DNA from: a virus
Lineage: Duplodnaviria > Caudoviricetes
IMG/VR virus record: IMGVR_UViG_3300030616_000028
Location: 1-55,412 of that record
DNA: 55,412 nt
Strand: one strand, 5' to 3'
In this document: in pieces, positions 10,014 through 18,799 of the stretch
Position numbering within the stretch: the first letter of the stretch is position 1
Layout of the letters: every line of letters starts with the position of its first letter
Program-made: the position numbers and the translations under genes
The notes under the pieces: model-generated
Seen by the model: the letters and a program-made list of their open reading frames with translations, nothing else
Database searches by the model: none
What the model was told of the DNA's origin: nothing

Positions 10014-10310
10014 GTGGCGGAAGCTCTGATCGATACCGTTGACCGCTTGCTCGAAGCTGCCCGACCAGGGGGCCTCGCGCACAGGCGCTTGCTCAAGTAC
10101 CGCGAGCAGCTCGAGCGCAACGTCTTCCTCGGCCCATCGATCCTCCGCTACATCAGGGAGCTCGTCGCGAAGATGGAGGACGACATCGAGTGCCGGTTCC
10201 TATCCGAACTCGGGCTGTGCAAGAAGACGAAGCTGACGTGCAAGCACGTCGACGACAACAGGGCGTGCAAGCTCTACGAGGCCGAGCGCCCGCACCGTAG
10301 GAGGAGATGA
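10014..10310 (+). CDS. Hypothetical protein with Cys-rich C-terminus
   Basis: RBS, coupled to neighbours. Confidence 0.55.
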   Translation: MAEALIDTVDRLLEAARPGGLAHRRLLKYREQLERNVFLGPSILRYIRELVAKMEDDIECRFLSELGLCKKTKLTCKHVDDNRACKLYEAERPHRRRR

Positions 10311-10687
10311 TGGCAACGAAGCAGAAGACCGTGATCGGGATCTACCGACACGATGCCGCAGCGAAGGACGGGGAGGGTGCCTCGCGCATGGTGGAGCGCG
10401 TCGAGATCGATATTCCTGTGGACGAGTTCACGCGGAAGAAGGGATGGAAGGATCGCGTTCGGGAGGAGGCGGCGAAGCGCGGCTTCAACGTGCTCGCCGT
10501 GAGTGCCGTTCACAGCGGCGCCGACCTCGACGTGAACATCACGATGACCGTGGACAAGAAGCCGACCTCGTTCGGTCAGCGCCGTCGTGCCGTGACCCGT
10601 GGCGGTCGTCCTGTCGACGGCCCGATCAAGACCGGCAAGACGATGGCTGCGAAGCGAAGGGCGGCGCGCGAGACGCCGGAACGCTGA
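10307..10687 (+). CDS. Hypothetical basic protein
   Basis: AGGAGG RBS, ATGA overlap. Confidence 0.6.
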   Translation: MMATKQKTVIGIYRHDAAAKDGEGASRMVERVEIDIPVDEFTRKKGWKDRVREEAAKRGFNVLAVSAVHSGADLDVNITMTVDKKPTSFGQRRRAVTRGGRPVDGPIKTGKTMAAKRRAARETPER

Positions 10688-11499
10688 TGGACTGGCTCGA
10701 CCTATTCTCCTCGGAGGAGTACGAGTTGCCCGCCGAGATGGCACCTGGCGATCAGTTCGTCGGCGGCGCTGGATTCCCCGACGCAACGGTCAGGTCCTCT
10801 GAGTTGCTCTACCCTCGACGGACTCTCGTGCAGCGTGCCGACCTCGACGTCACTGACGGAGTGGGGGAGAAGCAGCAGAAGATCCGCGTGTACCGTACCC
10901 TCGTCGAGCTGGAGGACGGAGAGATCGTCGAGGTGAACCGCCGCGCTGTGCCTGGGGCCGAGGAGGAGTCTGCCGACGAGAGCCGCTGTGCGGCCTGTCT
11001 CGAGGAGATACCCGAGGGGCAAGCGGTCATCCACGACGGGAAGGCGTACCACCGTCGCTGCATGGGAGGAGAGGATGATGCTGATGATTCTGATCGGAGG
11101 ACTCGGGCTGGTGCTCGTAGTCATCGCCCTCGGAGATCTCGCGAAGACGGGGATGGACAAGAGGGGAATGGAGCACCACCCGCGACTCAAGCGCCGAGGA
11201 CGATAACGCGGACCAGGAGCGACGATGGGATCTCCGTGTCGCACCTCGTCTCCGTAGTCGAGATCGACGATGACCGCGAGGCCGTCACGCTCTGGGCGCG
11301 GGAGTACGGAGCGCGGAGTGGAACCGTCGTCGGCCGCTGGCCGAGTGGACTCTTCAACGGCGAGCTACCGATGGACCACGACGTCAAGTACATCGACGAG
11401 AAGTTCTACGCATCGGACGGCCTGGTCACGGCCTCGGATCTGCGGATCTGGAACAGGCTATACAAGGCTGCGATGCGCGAGCTGCGCCCGGTGCGATAG
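10687..11499 (+). CDS. Hypothetical protein with Zn-finger-like segment
   Basis: TGATG coupling at 10685-10689; CAAC...YHRRC. Confidence 0.55.
   Translation: MDWLDLFSSEEYELPAEMAPGDQFVGGAGFPDATVRSSELLYPRRTLVQRADLDVTDGVGEKQQKIRVYRTLVELEDGEIVEVNRRAVPGAEEESADESRCAACLEEIPEGQAVIHDGKAYHRRCMGGEDDADDSDRRTRAGARSHRPRRSREDGDGQEGNGAPPATQAPRTITRTRSDDGISVSHLVSVVEIDDDREAVTLWAREYGARSGTVVGRWPSGLFNGELPMDHDVKYIDEKFYASDGLVTASDLRIWNRLYKAAMRELRPVR
11075..11206 (+). CDS. Small single-TM protein nested out of frame in 10687-11499
   Basis: GGAGGAGAGG RBS, then MMLMILIGGLGLVLVVIALGDLAKTG...KRRGR*. Confidence 0.45.
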   Translation: MMLMILIGGLGLVLVVIALGDLAKTGMDKRGMEHHPRLKRRGR

Positions 11500-11526
11500 C
11501 GCACGGGCCGGAAGGGGTTGAAGTAG

Positions 11527-12027
11527 ATGGCAATCAAGGACGACATCATCGCTGCGATCCAAGCAGTCGCAGACGCCTCGGGGAGCGGCAACATCAGGAT
11601 CTCGCTCGGCGCTCCAGGCGACCACGTTGAGAACAGCATCGGGGAGACACAGCCGACCGGGGCCGCGTGGCTCCCAGAGCCGAAGACCTGGCCCGTCATC
11701 ATCGAGGGCATCGCGGAGTGGCTCACCGCACAGAACGTCGGCGGTCCTCCGAAGTTCATGACCGTGCAGCAGCGGTCTACGAGCGGGAACGTCAACAGCG
11801 GAGTCGACCTCGTCGAGTTGACGGCCGCGGGCATCACCGTGAGCCTCCCAGATCCGACGAGCATCCCGCCATACACCAAGGTCGTAGCCAAGAGCAAAGG
11901 ACACGCGGGGAACTTCGTCAACGTGCAGGGAGGAGCGAACATCGACGCCGGTCCCATCATGGGATTCGGAGCACCGTACGATGCGCTTCGCTTCTACTCC
12001 GACGGGACGCAATGGTGGACGTGGTGA
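11527..12027 (+). CDS. Putative virion/tail-fibre-type beta-rich protein
   Basis: GITVSLP...IDAG...LRFYSDGTQW resembles C-terminal modules of phage fibre proteins. Confidence 0.4.
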   Translation: MAIKDDIIAAIQAVADASGSGNIRISLGAPGDHVENSIGETQPTGAAWLPEPKTWPVIIEGIAEWLTAQNVGGPPKFMTVQQRSTSGNVNSGVDLVELTAAGITVSLPDPTSIPPYTKVVAKSKGHAGNFVNVQGGANIDAGPIMGFGAPYDALRFYSDGTQWWTW

Positions 12028-12686
12028 GCCTCGCAAAGTCCAAACCGTTCCGCTCTCGTGCCTTCCTCCGCTTTTGCCACGAGTTCATGGCGCCAGCTCC
12101 GTGCTGCGTCTGCGAGCAGCGCCCGTGGGTACAGCTCCACCACTTCGGGGATGACGGAGGGAAGGGAATGAAGCCGAGCGACACGTCCTCGGCGCGGGTC
12201 TGCGTGGAGTGCCACAGCAAGTACGACCTGAAGCGGAGAGGCCTCATCAAGTCGGGGTACGAGGACGTGCTGGATCGCTTTCAGCACGACGCGCTCATCC
12301 TCCTTCGGGAGTACGTGCGGCACCTGGAGTCGTACAAGCGTAGGAGCCTACCCGCAGAGCGGTGCGGCGGGTGCGCGTTCTGTCGAGACGGTGAGTGCGA
12401 AGCGAAGCTCGAGCACGTCGAGCCACCGAACGAGTGCGCCCTCGATGAGCTGAACATCTGGCTCGTCACGGAGGCCCAAGGCCTCGGTCCAGATGAGCAG
12501 CGAGACTGGCTGCTATCCTGGTCCAACCGGCGCTCGGCCAACGTGCTCTCGTTCCTCGCGGAGCCGATGCTGGAGATCGCCACGGAGACGAGCGACGAGT
12601 CCTCGCGCTTCGTAGCCAAGCGCGCGCTGCGGACAGCGTGCCTGGGAGGGGCAGATGGGAAAGACGAAGATCGATTGGTGCGATGA
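12024..12686 (+). CDS. DUF968/Ref-like HNH-type Zn-binding protein
   Basis: FRSRAFLRF..PCCVC..LHH..GKGMKPSD..VCVECH. Confidence 0.65.
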   Translation: MSLAKSKPFRSRAFLRFCHEFMAPAPCCVCEQRPWVQLHHFGDDGGKGMKPSDTSSARVCVECHSKYDLKRRGLIKSGYEDVLDRFQHDALILLREYVRHLESYKRRSLPAERCGGCAFCRDGECEAKLEHVEPPNECALDELNIWLVTEAQGLGPDEQRDWLLSWSNRRSANVLSFLAEPMLEIATETSDESSRFVAKRALRTACLGGADGKDEDRLVR

Positions 12687-13545
12687 GAGCATCAACTTCA
12701 TAACCGGGTGCAAGCACGGGTGCGAGTTCTGCTACGCGAAGCGCACCGCAGAGCGAAACGCCCGCATGGGATCGAAGCGGTACGTCGACGCACAGGAGTA
12801 CGGAGGCCACCCGTTTCGGCCGACCTACCACCACGACATCATGGAGCGCGAGCTCGCTCGTCTCTCGCGTGCGACCAGGCCGCGCGTGGTCTTCATTGGG
12901 TCCATGTCGGACCCGGCGCAGAACGCCGACTGGATGTACCTCGACGGCACGGGGAGAGGAGGCGGGCACCAGCTCGCAGGATCGGTCTGGGTGCAGGAGA
13001 TGATCGCGGCGTTCGCGCGGAGGCTCCCGAAGCACACGTTCATTCTGCTGACGAAGGCCCCGAAGAACCTGATCTCGGGGTGGCCCAGCAACGTCGTCGT
13101 CGGGACCAGCGTCACGAGCAACATGGATGCCAGCCGCGTGATGGACCTCCGTGCCAGCGTGGTGAGGCCGCGGTACGACGAGGCGGGACAGATCATCGAG
13201 GGCAGTGAACCGAGGCCACCGTTGCTCTGCGCCAGCGTGGAGCCGCTGCTCGATCCCGACTTCGCTGAGGACACGTTCCTCGAGGGGTTGGACTGGGTGA
13301 TCGTCGGCGCTCAGACCGGTCCGAAGGCGAGGCTCGGACGCGTCACCGGCTGGGAGCGAGACGAGCATGGCGTGGCCCACGACAAGACCGCGGGGCAGTT
13401 TATCGCCGGCGCCGCGAAGCGGATCGTCGAGTGGTGCGCGCCGCGTGGTGTGCCGTGCTTCGTCAAGGAAAACCTGACCCGGATCGAGCCGGGCTACAAC
13501 TGGCCGCACCAATACCCAGCGGCTTTCGAAGGGAGAGGAAGATGA
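12655..13545 (+). CDS. Phage Gp37/Gp68 (DUF5131) radical-SAM-like protein
   Basis: KTKIDWCD..NFITGCKHGCEFCYA, VFIGSMSD, LLTK, SVEPLL, DWVIVGAQTG, FVKE. Confidence 0.85.
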   Translation: MGKTKIDWCDESINFITGCKHGCEFCYAKRTAERNARMGSKRYVDAQEYGGHPFRPTYHHDIMERELARLSRATRPRVVFIGSMSDPAQNADWMYLDGTGRGGGHQLAGSVWVQEMIAAFARRLPKHTFILLTKAPKNLISGWPSNVVVGTSVTSNMDASRVMDLRASVVRPRYDEAGQIIEGSEPRPPLLCASVEPLLDPDFAEDTFLEGLDWVIVGAQTGPKARLGRVTGWERDEHGVAHDKTAGQFIAGAAKRIVEWCAPRGVPCFVKENLTRIEPGYNWPHQYPAAFEGRGR

Positions 13546-13934
13546 CCGAGAAAGACAGAGCCGTGCTGGCCCACGCCTACGAGAAGAAGTGGCACGAGAG
13601 CAAGAAGTTCGTAGCGTTCCTCCTGATGGAACTGCTCCTCGCAGCGATGGCGATCATCGCGCTGTTCACGCAGCCGCAACTCGGCTGGCCCCTCGCCGCG
13701 TTCATGCTCGGCGTCGTCATCACGATGGGCTGCATCGCCCTCGTGTTCAACGGCTTCCAGGCGAAGCTCGACATGTACGTCCGCGCGATGGCTCTGACGG
13801 GAGGAGTCCCGAGGGAGATCAACAAGCGCATGGAGATCGTGCCGCCTCCGAAGGACGTGAAGCCGACGCTCGCAGATCCGACTGTTATCAGCGAGAGGCC
13901 ATTTGCTGGGCCTCCAGATGAGGAGGAGATCTGA
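13542..13934 (+). CDS. Holin-like two-TM membrane protein
   Basis: SKKF followed by two hydrophobic helices; precedes spanin-like pair. Confidence 0.5.
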   Translation: MTEKDRAVLAHAYEKKWHESKKFVAFLLMELLLAAMAIIALFTQPQLGWPLAAFMLGVVITMGCIALVFNGFQAKLDMYVRAMALTGGVPREINKRMEIVPPPKDVKPTLADPTVISERPFAGPPDEEEI

Positions 13935-14338
13935 TGTGGTGGATACCGAGCTGGAAGCTACTCAAGGACGCGTGGCCAGCCTTCGCCCTGGTCGGCGGCG
14001 CGATCCTCGTCGTCGTTCTCGGCGTAGTCTTCGGCGCGTCTCGCTGTGCCTCGACGCCCGAGCCGCTGCCCCAGCCCGACTACTTCGACGACGTGAAGCA
14101 GCAGATCCTCAACGACGTGGCTGCGGCCGAGAAGGAACGCGCCGAGAGGATCGCCGCGCTGGAGGCAGAGCTGTTCCAGTTGCGAGATGAGATCGCCGCG
14201 CTCGACGAGGAAATCGAGCGCAGCGTACAGGAGAGGAAGGAGATTCACCATGCGCTCAGCAATGCTCGTTCTATTCGTGACATCGATCGCATTCTCAAGC
14301 GCGGTATCCCAGGCGTCAGCGGACGAGCCGACGAGTAG
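13934..14338 (+). CDS. i-spanin (Rz)-like protein
   Basis: N-terminal TM followed by a long coiled coil. Confidence 0.45.
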   Translation: MWWIPSWKLLKDAWPAFALVGGAILVVVLGVVFGASRCASTPEPLPQPDYFDDVKQQILNDVAAAEKERAERIAALEAELFQLRDEIAALDEEIERSVQERKEIHHALSNARSIRDIDRILKRGIPGVSGRADE

Positions 14339-14804
14339 CGAGGAGGCCTCCGAGGGCCAGGACCGCGTTCGCCCCGAGCACCTGATCGATGTGCCTCTGG
14401 GCATCATCTTGGAGCCGCGCGATGGGCAGGGCCGTCGCACCGTCTTCCGTCCCGAGCAGGAGTACAAGTGCTTCGCCGTGGAGGAGTGGTCGGCGATGGG
14501 CAATCTCATCACGGACTACCGCTGGCTTTGGTACTACGCGATCCGCATGGAGACGAAGGTTAAGCTGCACGAGCAGGAGATCACAAACCTCCAGCTACAG
14601 CTTCACGTCTTCGAGGAAGCGCACGACTCGACGCAGCGTGGCCTTGAGTCGATGACCGCGCTGCTCGACAAGGAGCATGACGCGCGGCTCCGTGCGACGT
14701 CGACGCGGACGCTGGAGCTTTGGGGGTGGAGGATCGGGACCGTCATCGGACTGGTCGCAGCGGGAGCCTTCGGCGCCGCGTGGGGAGTGGAGCGAGGACG
14801 ATGA
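14250..14804 (+). CDS. Exported coiled-coil protein with C-terminal TM; spanin-partner candidate
   Basis: Starts inside the previous gene in another frame after a GGAG RBS; signal-like MLVLFVTSIAFSSAVSQASA; C-terminal IGTVIGLVAAGAFGAAW. Confidence 0.45.
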   Translation: MRSAMLVLFVTSIAFSSAVSQASADEPTSSEEASEGQDRVRPEHLIDVPLGIILEPRDGQGRRTVFRPEQEYKCFAVEEWSAMGNLITDYRWLWYYAIRMETKVKLHEQEITNLQLQLHVFEEAHDSTQRGLESMTALLDKEHDARLRATSTRTLELWGWRIGTVIGLVAAGAFGAAWGVERGR

Positions 14805-15478
14805 AATATTGGGAGCGAGTCGAGGAGGGTTTCAACCGCGACGGCGTTGCGACCCTGACCCACAAATACACGATCGAGGACCGCGAGAGTCATCAGCACG
14901 ACTTCTACCTCAAGATCGGCTGGTGGAGAGGAAGGCCGATCTGGGTAGACGTCACGAAGGCCAGGCACTCCAGCGAGGGACTCAGCGACACGTTCGACGT
15001 GCCGTCCTCGGCGCTTCCTCTCATCGTAGATCTGCGGAGGCGTCTCATCGACCTGACGCGCTCGTCTCTCGAATTGATCTGCCGCGAGGCCTCACTACTA
15101 CTCTCGACGCGGCGGTGCTCTCTCGAGGAGATTGCCGAGCTTTGGCGAGTCGTGAAGACCGAGCCGGCAGGACACTGCGAACAGGCGAAGGACCCCAACA
15201 CGGGGACCAGGGTTTCGGGTCCGGTCGATGCCGCTGCGAAGCTGATTCAGTTGAAGCAGAAGGAGTGGGAAAAGAAGATGGCACACACGTACACGGAGGA
15301 GCAGATCGAGCAGCTCCTCGAAGACTGTCGCCAGGCGGCGGAGGACCGCCCCGACGAGTTCACGGCCTGGGAGCTTCAGTTCATTGAGGACGCGGCGGAC
15401 GCGAACGAGACGACGCATCTGACCGAGGCCCAGGTCGAGAAGCTCGAACAGATCTGGGAGGAGCGAGAGTGTGGTTGA
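14801..15478 (+). CDS. Stand-alone TSCPD-like domain (as at the C-terminus of class II RNR) plus small C-terminal domain
   Basis: THKY..FYLKIG..GRPI..ASLLL..SLEEIAE..EPAG..SGPVDAAAKLI pattern. Confidence 0.45.
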   Translation: MKYWERVEEGFNRDGVATLTHKYTIEDRESHQHDFYLKIGWWRGRPIWVDVTKARHSSEGLSDTFDVPSSALPLIVDLRRRLIDLTRSSLELICREASLLLSTRRCSLEEIAELWRVVKTEPAGHCEQAKDPNTGTRVSGPVDAAAKLIQLKQKEWEKKMAHTYTEEQIEQLLEDCRQAAEDRPDEFTAWELQFIEDAADANETTHLTEAQVEKLEQIWEERECG

Positions 15479-16022
15479 GCCGACGTACGATTGGGGGGCG
15501 AGCGTAGGGATCTCCGACCAGGAGTTGATCCCTGACTACCTGATGGGGAAGGACGAGCTGATGGAGGCTACGCCCGAAGCGACGGTGCGGTTCAACTCCG
15601 TGCTCATCTGCCGCATCGTCGGAGGGAAGCTCGACGCCATCGCGTGCGACCACCCTCGGCACGGCTCGCACCCTCGACTGAGGGAGTCCTACGAGAAGCT
15701 CAATCGAATCCTCTCGAAGCTGAAAGTGGAACGAGTGGACGGTCCGTGTCCGAAGTGCGGAGGCGAGGGCTGGCTGAAGACGAACACCGCCGAAGCGCGG
15801 CACGTCGTGCTGCTCTCCCTCACGTTCGGGATGTGGCGAGGAGTCGCGTTCACTCCTCGTGGCTTGCAGCCGGGATCGGCCGCTGATACAATGGGAACGC
15901 TCCTGACGGGCCAAGCGCCCGTCGGTGCCTCTTCCGGCCCGGGTGGGATGGCTGCTCCTGCCCGGGCCAATTTACAGGGGCAAGGCAAAGGAGAAGGCAA
16001 TGGACAAGGCAAGGGTGAGTGA
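15471..16022 (+). CDS. Hypothetical protein
   Basis: Coupled ORF, CPKCGGEG. Confidence 0.5.
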   Translation: MVEPTYDWGASVGISDQELIPDYLMGKDELMEATPEATVRFNSVLICRIVGGKLDAIACDHPRHGSHPRLRESYEKLNRILSKLKVERVDGPCPKCGGEGWLKTNTAEARHVVLLSLTFGMWRGVAFTPRGLQPGSAADTMGTLLTGQAPVGASSGPGGMAAPARANLQGQGKGEGNGQGKGE

Positions 16023-16449
16023 GCACCAGGCCAGCGCGGGGGACGTCCTCGTCGAGGTCTTCTGCTCGAACGAGAAGCGGGCTGTCGGTACGCTCCCGGT
16101 ACCGTCGGAGAGGGACCGCACGATCACATCACGCTCGGTGTGGTCTGGCTTTCGGCCGGTGTCGGAGGAGTACCGATTGCCGCGCAAGATGCAGGGTGAC
16201 GGCGTCGTCCTCTCGTGCCCTCGTTGCGGAGCGAAGCTCTGCATCAAGGGAGAGACGAAGGCGGCGACGGAGGACAGCCGAGACGGGGCGAAGCTCACGC
16301 GACTTCGAGAGGAGGCGCGGCGCCGCGCACTCGACACGGCGAACATGATGGAGGAGGGAGCGGTCGACGTTCACCTCCCCGCGGCCGGACTCGATCCTGG
16401 CCTCATGCCGATCACGCTCGGCAAGACCAAGATCGAGGCCAGCCGATGA
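16000..16449 (+). CDS. Hypothetical protein (Zn-binding)
   Basis: GGAG RBS; CPRCG. Confidence 0.5.
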   Translation: MDKARVSEHQASAGDVLVEVFCSNEKRAVGTLPVPSERDRTITSRSVWSGFRPVSEEYRLPRKMQGDGVVLSCPRCGAKLCIKGETKAATEDSRDGAKLTRLREEARRRALDTANMMEEGAVDVHLPAAGLDPGLMPITLGKTKIEASR

Positions 16450-16769
16450 ACGGAAAGTCGGTGGAAGCCATGACGGCCGACGAGCTACGCGCAGAGAACG
16501 CGCGCCTTGAGCGCGAGCTTCATACTGCGCTCGAACAGAACGACCGCCTTCGGCGTCGAGCCGAGAAGGCAGAGTCGAACTACGCCTCCGCGCAGGAGTA
16601 CGCCGACCAATTGAAGGCTGGCTCCTACGACGAGGAGGCCGTGAAGGTCCCGCGCTTCGAGTTCGAGCTTCCTGGCGTCATCAAGATCAGCCTCGTCGGC
16701 GCCGATGCCATTCGTGCGTTCCACATGGATCTTCCCGCTTCCCTCCAGACTGAAATCGGCACAGGGTAA
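16446..16769 (+). CDS. Hypothetical coiled-coil protein
   Basis: ATGA overlap. Confidence 0.55.
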   Translation: MNGKSVEAMTADELRAENARLERELHTALEQNDRLRRRAEKAESNYASAQEYADQLKAGSYDEEAVKVPRFEFELPGVIKISLVGADAIRAFHMDLPASLQTEIGTG

Positions 16770-16790
16770 AACCTCTTTTTCCACTCGCCC

Positions 16791-16917
16791 CGCAGTTGTA
16801 GAATTTGAATTGCGACCGTTCCTTGGCGGGGCGGGCTAGCCGACACCGACGCGGATACTTTCCCCGCCAGGACAGGCAGTTACGAGCCTCACGGCTCAAG
16901 CATCGGGCGAGGCCCGA
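16791..16917 (+). promoter_or_regulatory. Structured ssb leader (four hairpins) with TAGAAT -10 candidate
   Basis: Stems 16791-97/16808-14, 16818-31/16862-73, 16884-88/16893-97, 16903-08/16912-17; TAGAAT at 16799. Confidence 0.45.
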
Positions 16918-16929
16918 GGGAGGTTCCGC

Positions 16930-17412
16930 ATGTCAGTGAACAAGGCAATCCTGATTGGTCGGCTCGGGAAAGATCCCGAGTTGAGCTACACCCAGAGCGG
17001 CACGGCTCGCTGCCGCTTCTCGCTCGCGACGAACGAGGTCTACTACGACAACAACAACCAGAAGCAGGAGAAGACCGACTGGCACAACATCGTCGTGTGG
17101 GGCAAGCAGGCGGAGAGCGCGGGCAAGCACCTCTCGAAGGGCCGCGAGGTCTATATCGAGGGCAAGATCGAGACGCGCTCCTGGGAGGACCAGCAGACCG
17201 GCCAGAAGAAGTGGATGACGGAGGTCAAGGCGCAGCGTGTCGTGTTCCTCGGAGGTCGCGGTGACAGCCAGGGCGGAGGCGGAGGTGGCTACGGCGGCGG
17301 CGGCGGCAGCGGCGGCGGCGGCGGCTACGACGGCGGGCGCGGAGGTGACGACGGCTACCCGCCGAGCACCCCGCAGGGACCAGGCCCCGACGACGACGAC
17401 ATCCCGTTCTAG
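16930..17412 (+). CDS. ssb: Single-stranded DNA-binding protein
   Basis: VNKAILIGRLGKDPEL, TDWHNIVVWG, Gly-rich linker, DDDIPF tail. Confidence 0.97.
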   Translation: MSVNKAILIGRLGKDPELSYTQSGTARCRFSLATNEVYYDNNNQKQEKTDWHNIVVWGKQAESAGKHLSKGREVYIEGKIETRSWEDQQTGQKKWMTEVKAQRVVFLGGRGDSQGGGGGGYGGGGGSGGGGGYDGGRGGDDGYPPSTPQGPGPDDDDIPF

Positions 17413-17422
17413 GAGGGGCACG

Positions 17423-17728
17423 ATGCGAGAGGACGAACTGAGAAAATACGCGGAGTGCTCCGTGTGCAAGAAGAAGATCGGACACGCTGGCCTCCCGATC
17501 TTCTGGACGATCCGCATCGAGCGGCACGGCCTCGACCGAGCGGCGCTCGAGCGGCAACAGGGACTCACCATGATGCTCGGCGGGGAGGCCGCGCTGGCTC
17601 GCGCCATGGGACCGGATGAGGAGATGACCACGCTGCTCATGGACCCGGTCGTTGCGTCCGTCTGTGAGCCGTGCAGCCTGAAGCAGATCTGCATCGCGCA
17701 AATTGCGGAGGAGGTGGGCAATGGGTAA
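17423..17728 (+). CDS. Hypothetical Zn-binding protein
   Basis: AGGAGG RBS; CSVC...CEPC. Confidence 0.6.
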   Translation: MREDELRKYAECSVCKKKIGHAGLPIFWTIRIERHGLDRAALERQQGLTMMLGGEAALARAMGPDEEMTTLLMDPVVASVCEPCSLKQICIAQIAEEVGNG

Positions 17729-18137
17729 AGGCATCTACCTCTCCGAGAAGCACGGGGTCAACCCGGCGATCCCTCGATGCTACTTCTGCTTGGAGCCGAA
17801 GAACGAGGTCGTGCTGGCCGGCCGCATGAAGGGCGACGTGGAGGCCCCGCGCGATGCCGTGTGGGACATGGAGCCGTGCGACCAGTGCGTCGAGTACATG
17901 GAGCAGGGGGTCATCCTCATCAGCGTGAACGAGTCGCAGACGACCGACCCTCGTAACCCCTACCGCACAGGAGGGTGGGTCGTCATCAAGGACGCGGCGA
18001 TCGAGAGGATGCTGGAGGAGGTCGCGGCGCGCGGGATCTTGGAGTCGCGGTTCGCCTTCGTTCCCGACCAGGTGTGGGACGCTCTCGGACTGCCGAGGGA
18101 CGGCGCGGTCGAGTCGGCCGCAGGGAGCGACCTATGA
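17721..18137 (+). CDS. Hypothetical phage protein
   Basis: KHGVNP..CYFC..EPCDQC; RBS. Confidence 0.65.
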   Translation: MGKGIYLSEKHGVNPAIPRCYFCLEPKNEVVLAGRMKGDVEAPRDAVWDMEPCDQCVEYMEQGVILISVNESQTTDPRNPYRTGGWVVIKDAAIERMLEEVAARGILESRFAFVPDQVWDALGLPRDGAVESAAGSDL

Positions 18138-18799
18138 CGCGGCGAGCCTTCGACAACTACTCGACCGATCCCGGCCTCGCGCGGTGGGCGATCCGCAACG
18201 CGATGCGGCTCGCGTCGATCCCCAGGCCGAGCGAGGCTACCATCCTCGAGCCGTGTTGCGGAGATAAGGCACCGTTCGCGACGGCGGGTCGCGAGCTCGG
18301 CCTGGCCGGCTGCGGCTACGATATTCGCGAGGTGGCGCCGCCCGTCGATAGCGGGGTGCTGTACGCCTCAACCTCCGTCGAGCGGTTCCGCGACGAGCTT
18401 TGGAGCGGCCAGCCGTTCGACATCATCGCGACGAACCCTCCCTTCAACATCGGGGAGTCCGTCATCCGTGAGTCGTTGGAGATGCTCGCGCCTCACGGGT
18501 GCGCTGGCTTCCTGACCAAGATGGCGTTCCTCTCGACGCAGAAGCGATCCGAGCTGTTCGTCGTGAGGCCCCCGTGCGAGGTCTGGATTCTCCGTGCGCG
18601 TCCTTCCTTCACGGGAGACGGCGGGACCGACGTCGCGCAGGAGTACGCCTTCACCTTCTGGTACGGGAGCGGAACCGACGCACAGCTCCAGGCTTTCGGC
18701 ACGCGCAAGACGCACCTGTACTGGCTCGACAACGGCAGGCTTATGACCTCGGGATCACGGAAGCGCGTGCGGGTCCAGAAGGGAGGCGAGAAGGAATGA
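18134..18799 (+). CDS. DNA amino-methyltransferase (m6A/m4C)
   Basis: DNYST, ILEPCCG (motif I), IATNPPF (motif IV), RPSFT. Confidence 0.8.
   Translation: MTRRAFDNYSTDPGLARWAIRNAMRLASIPRPSEATILEPCCGDKAPFATAGRELGLAGCGYDIREVAPPVDSGVLYASTSVERFRDELWSGQPFDIIATNPPFNIGESVIRESLEMLAPHGCAGFLTKMAFLSTQKRSELFVVRPPCEVWILRARPSFTGDGGTDVAQEYAFTFWYGSGTDAQLQAFGTRKTHLYWLDNGRLMTSGSRKRVRVQKGGEKE

Noticed and set aside
16791-16917. tRNA or tmRNA
   Set aside because: No T-loop/D-loop consensus or acceptor stem; no tRNA or rRNA recognised anywhere in the window
17272-17345. GGC tandem repeat
   Set aside because: Ordinary Gly-rich SSB linker
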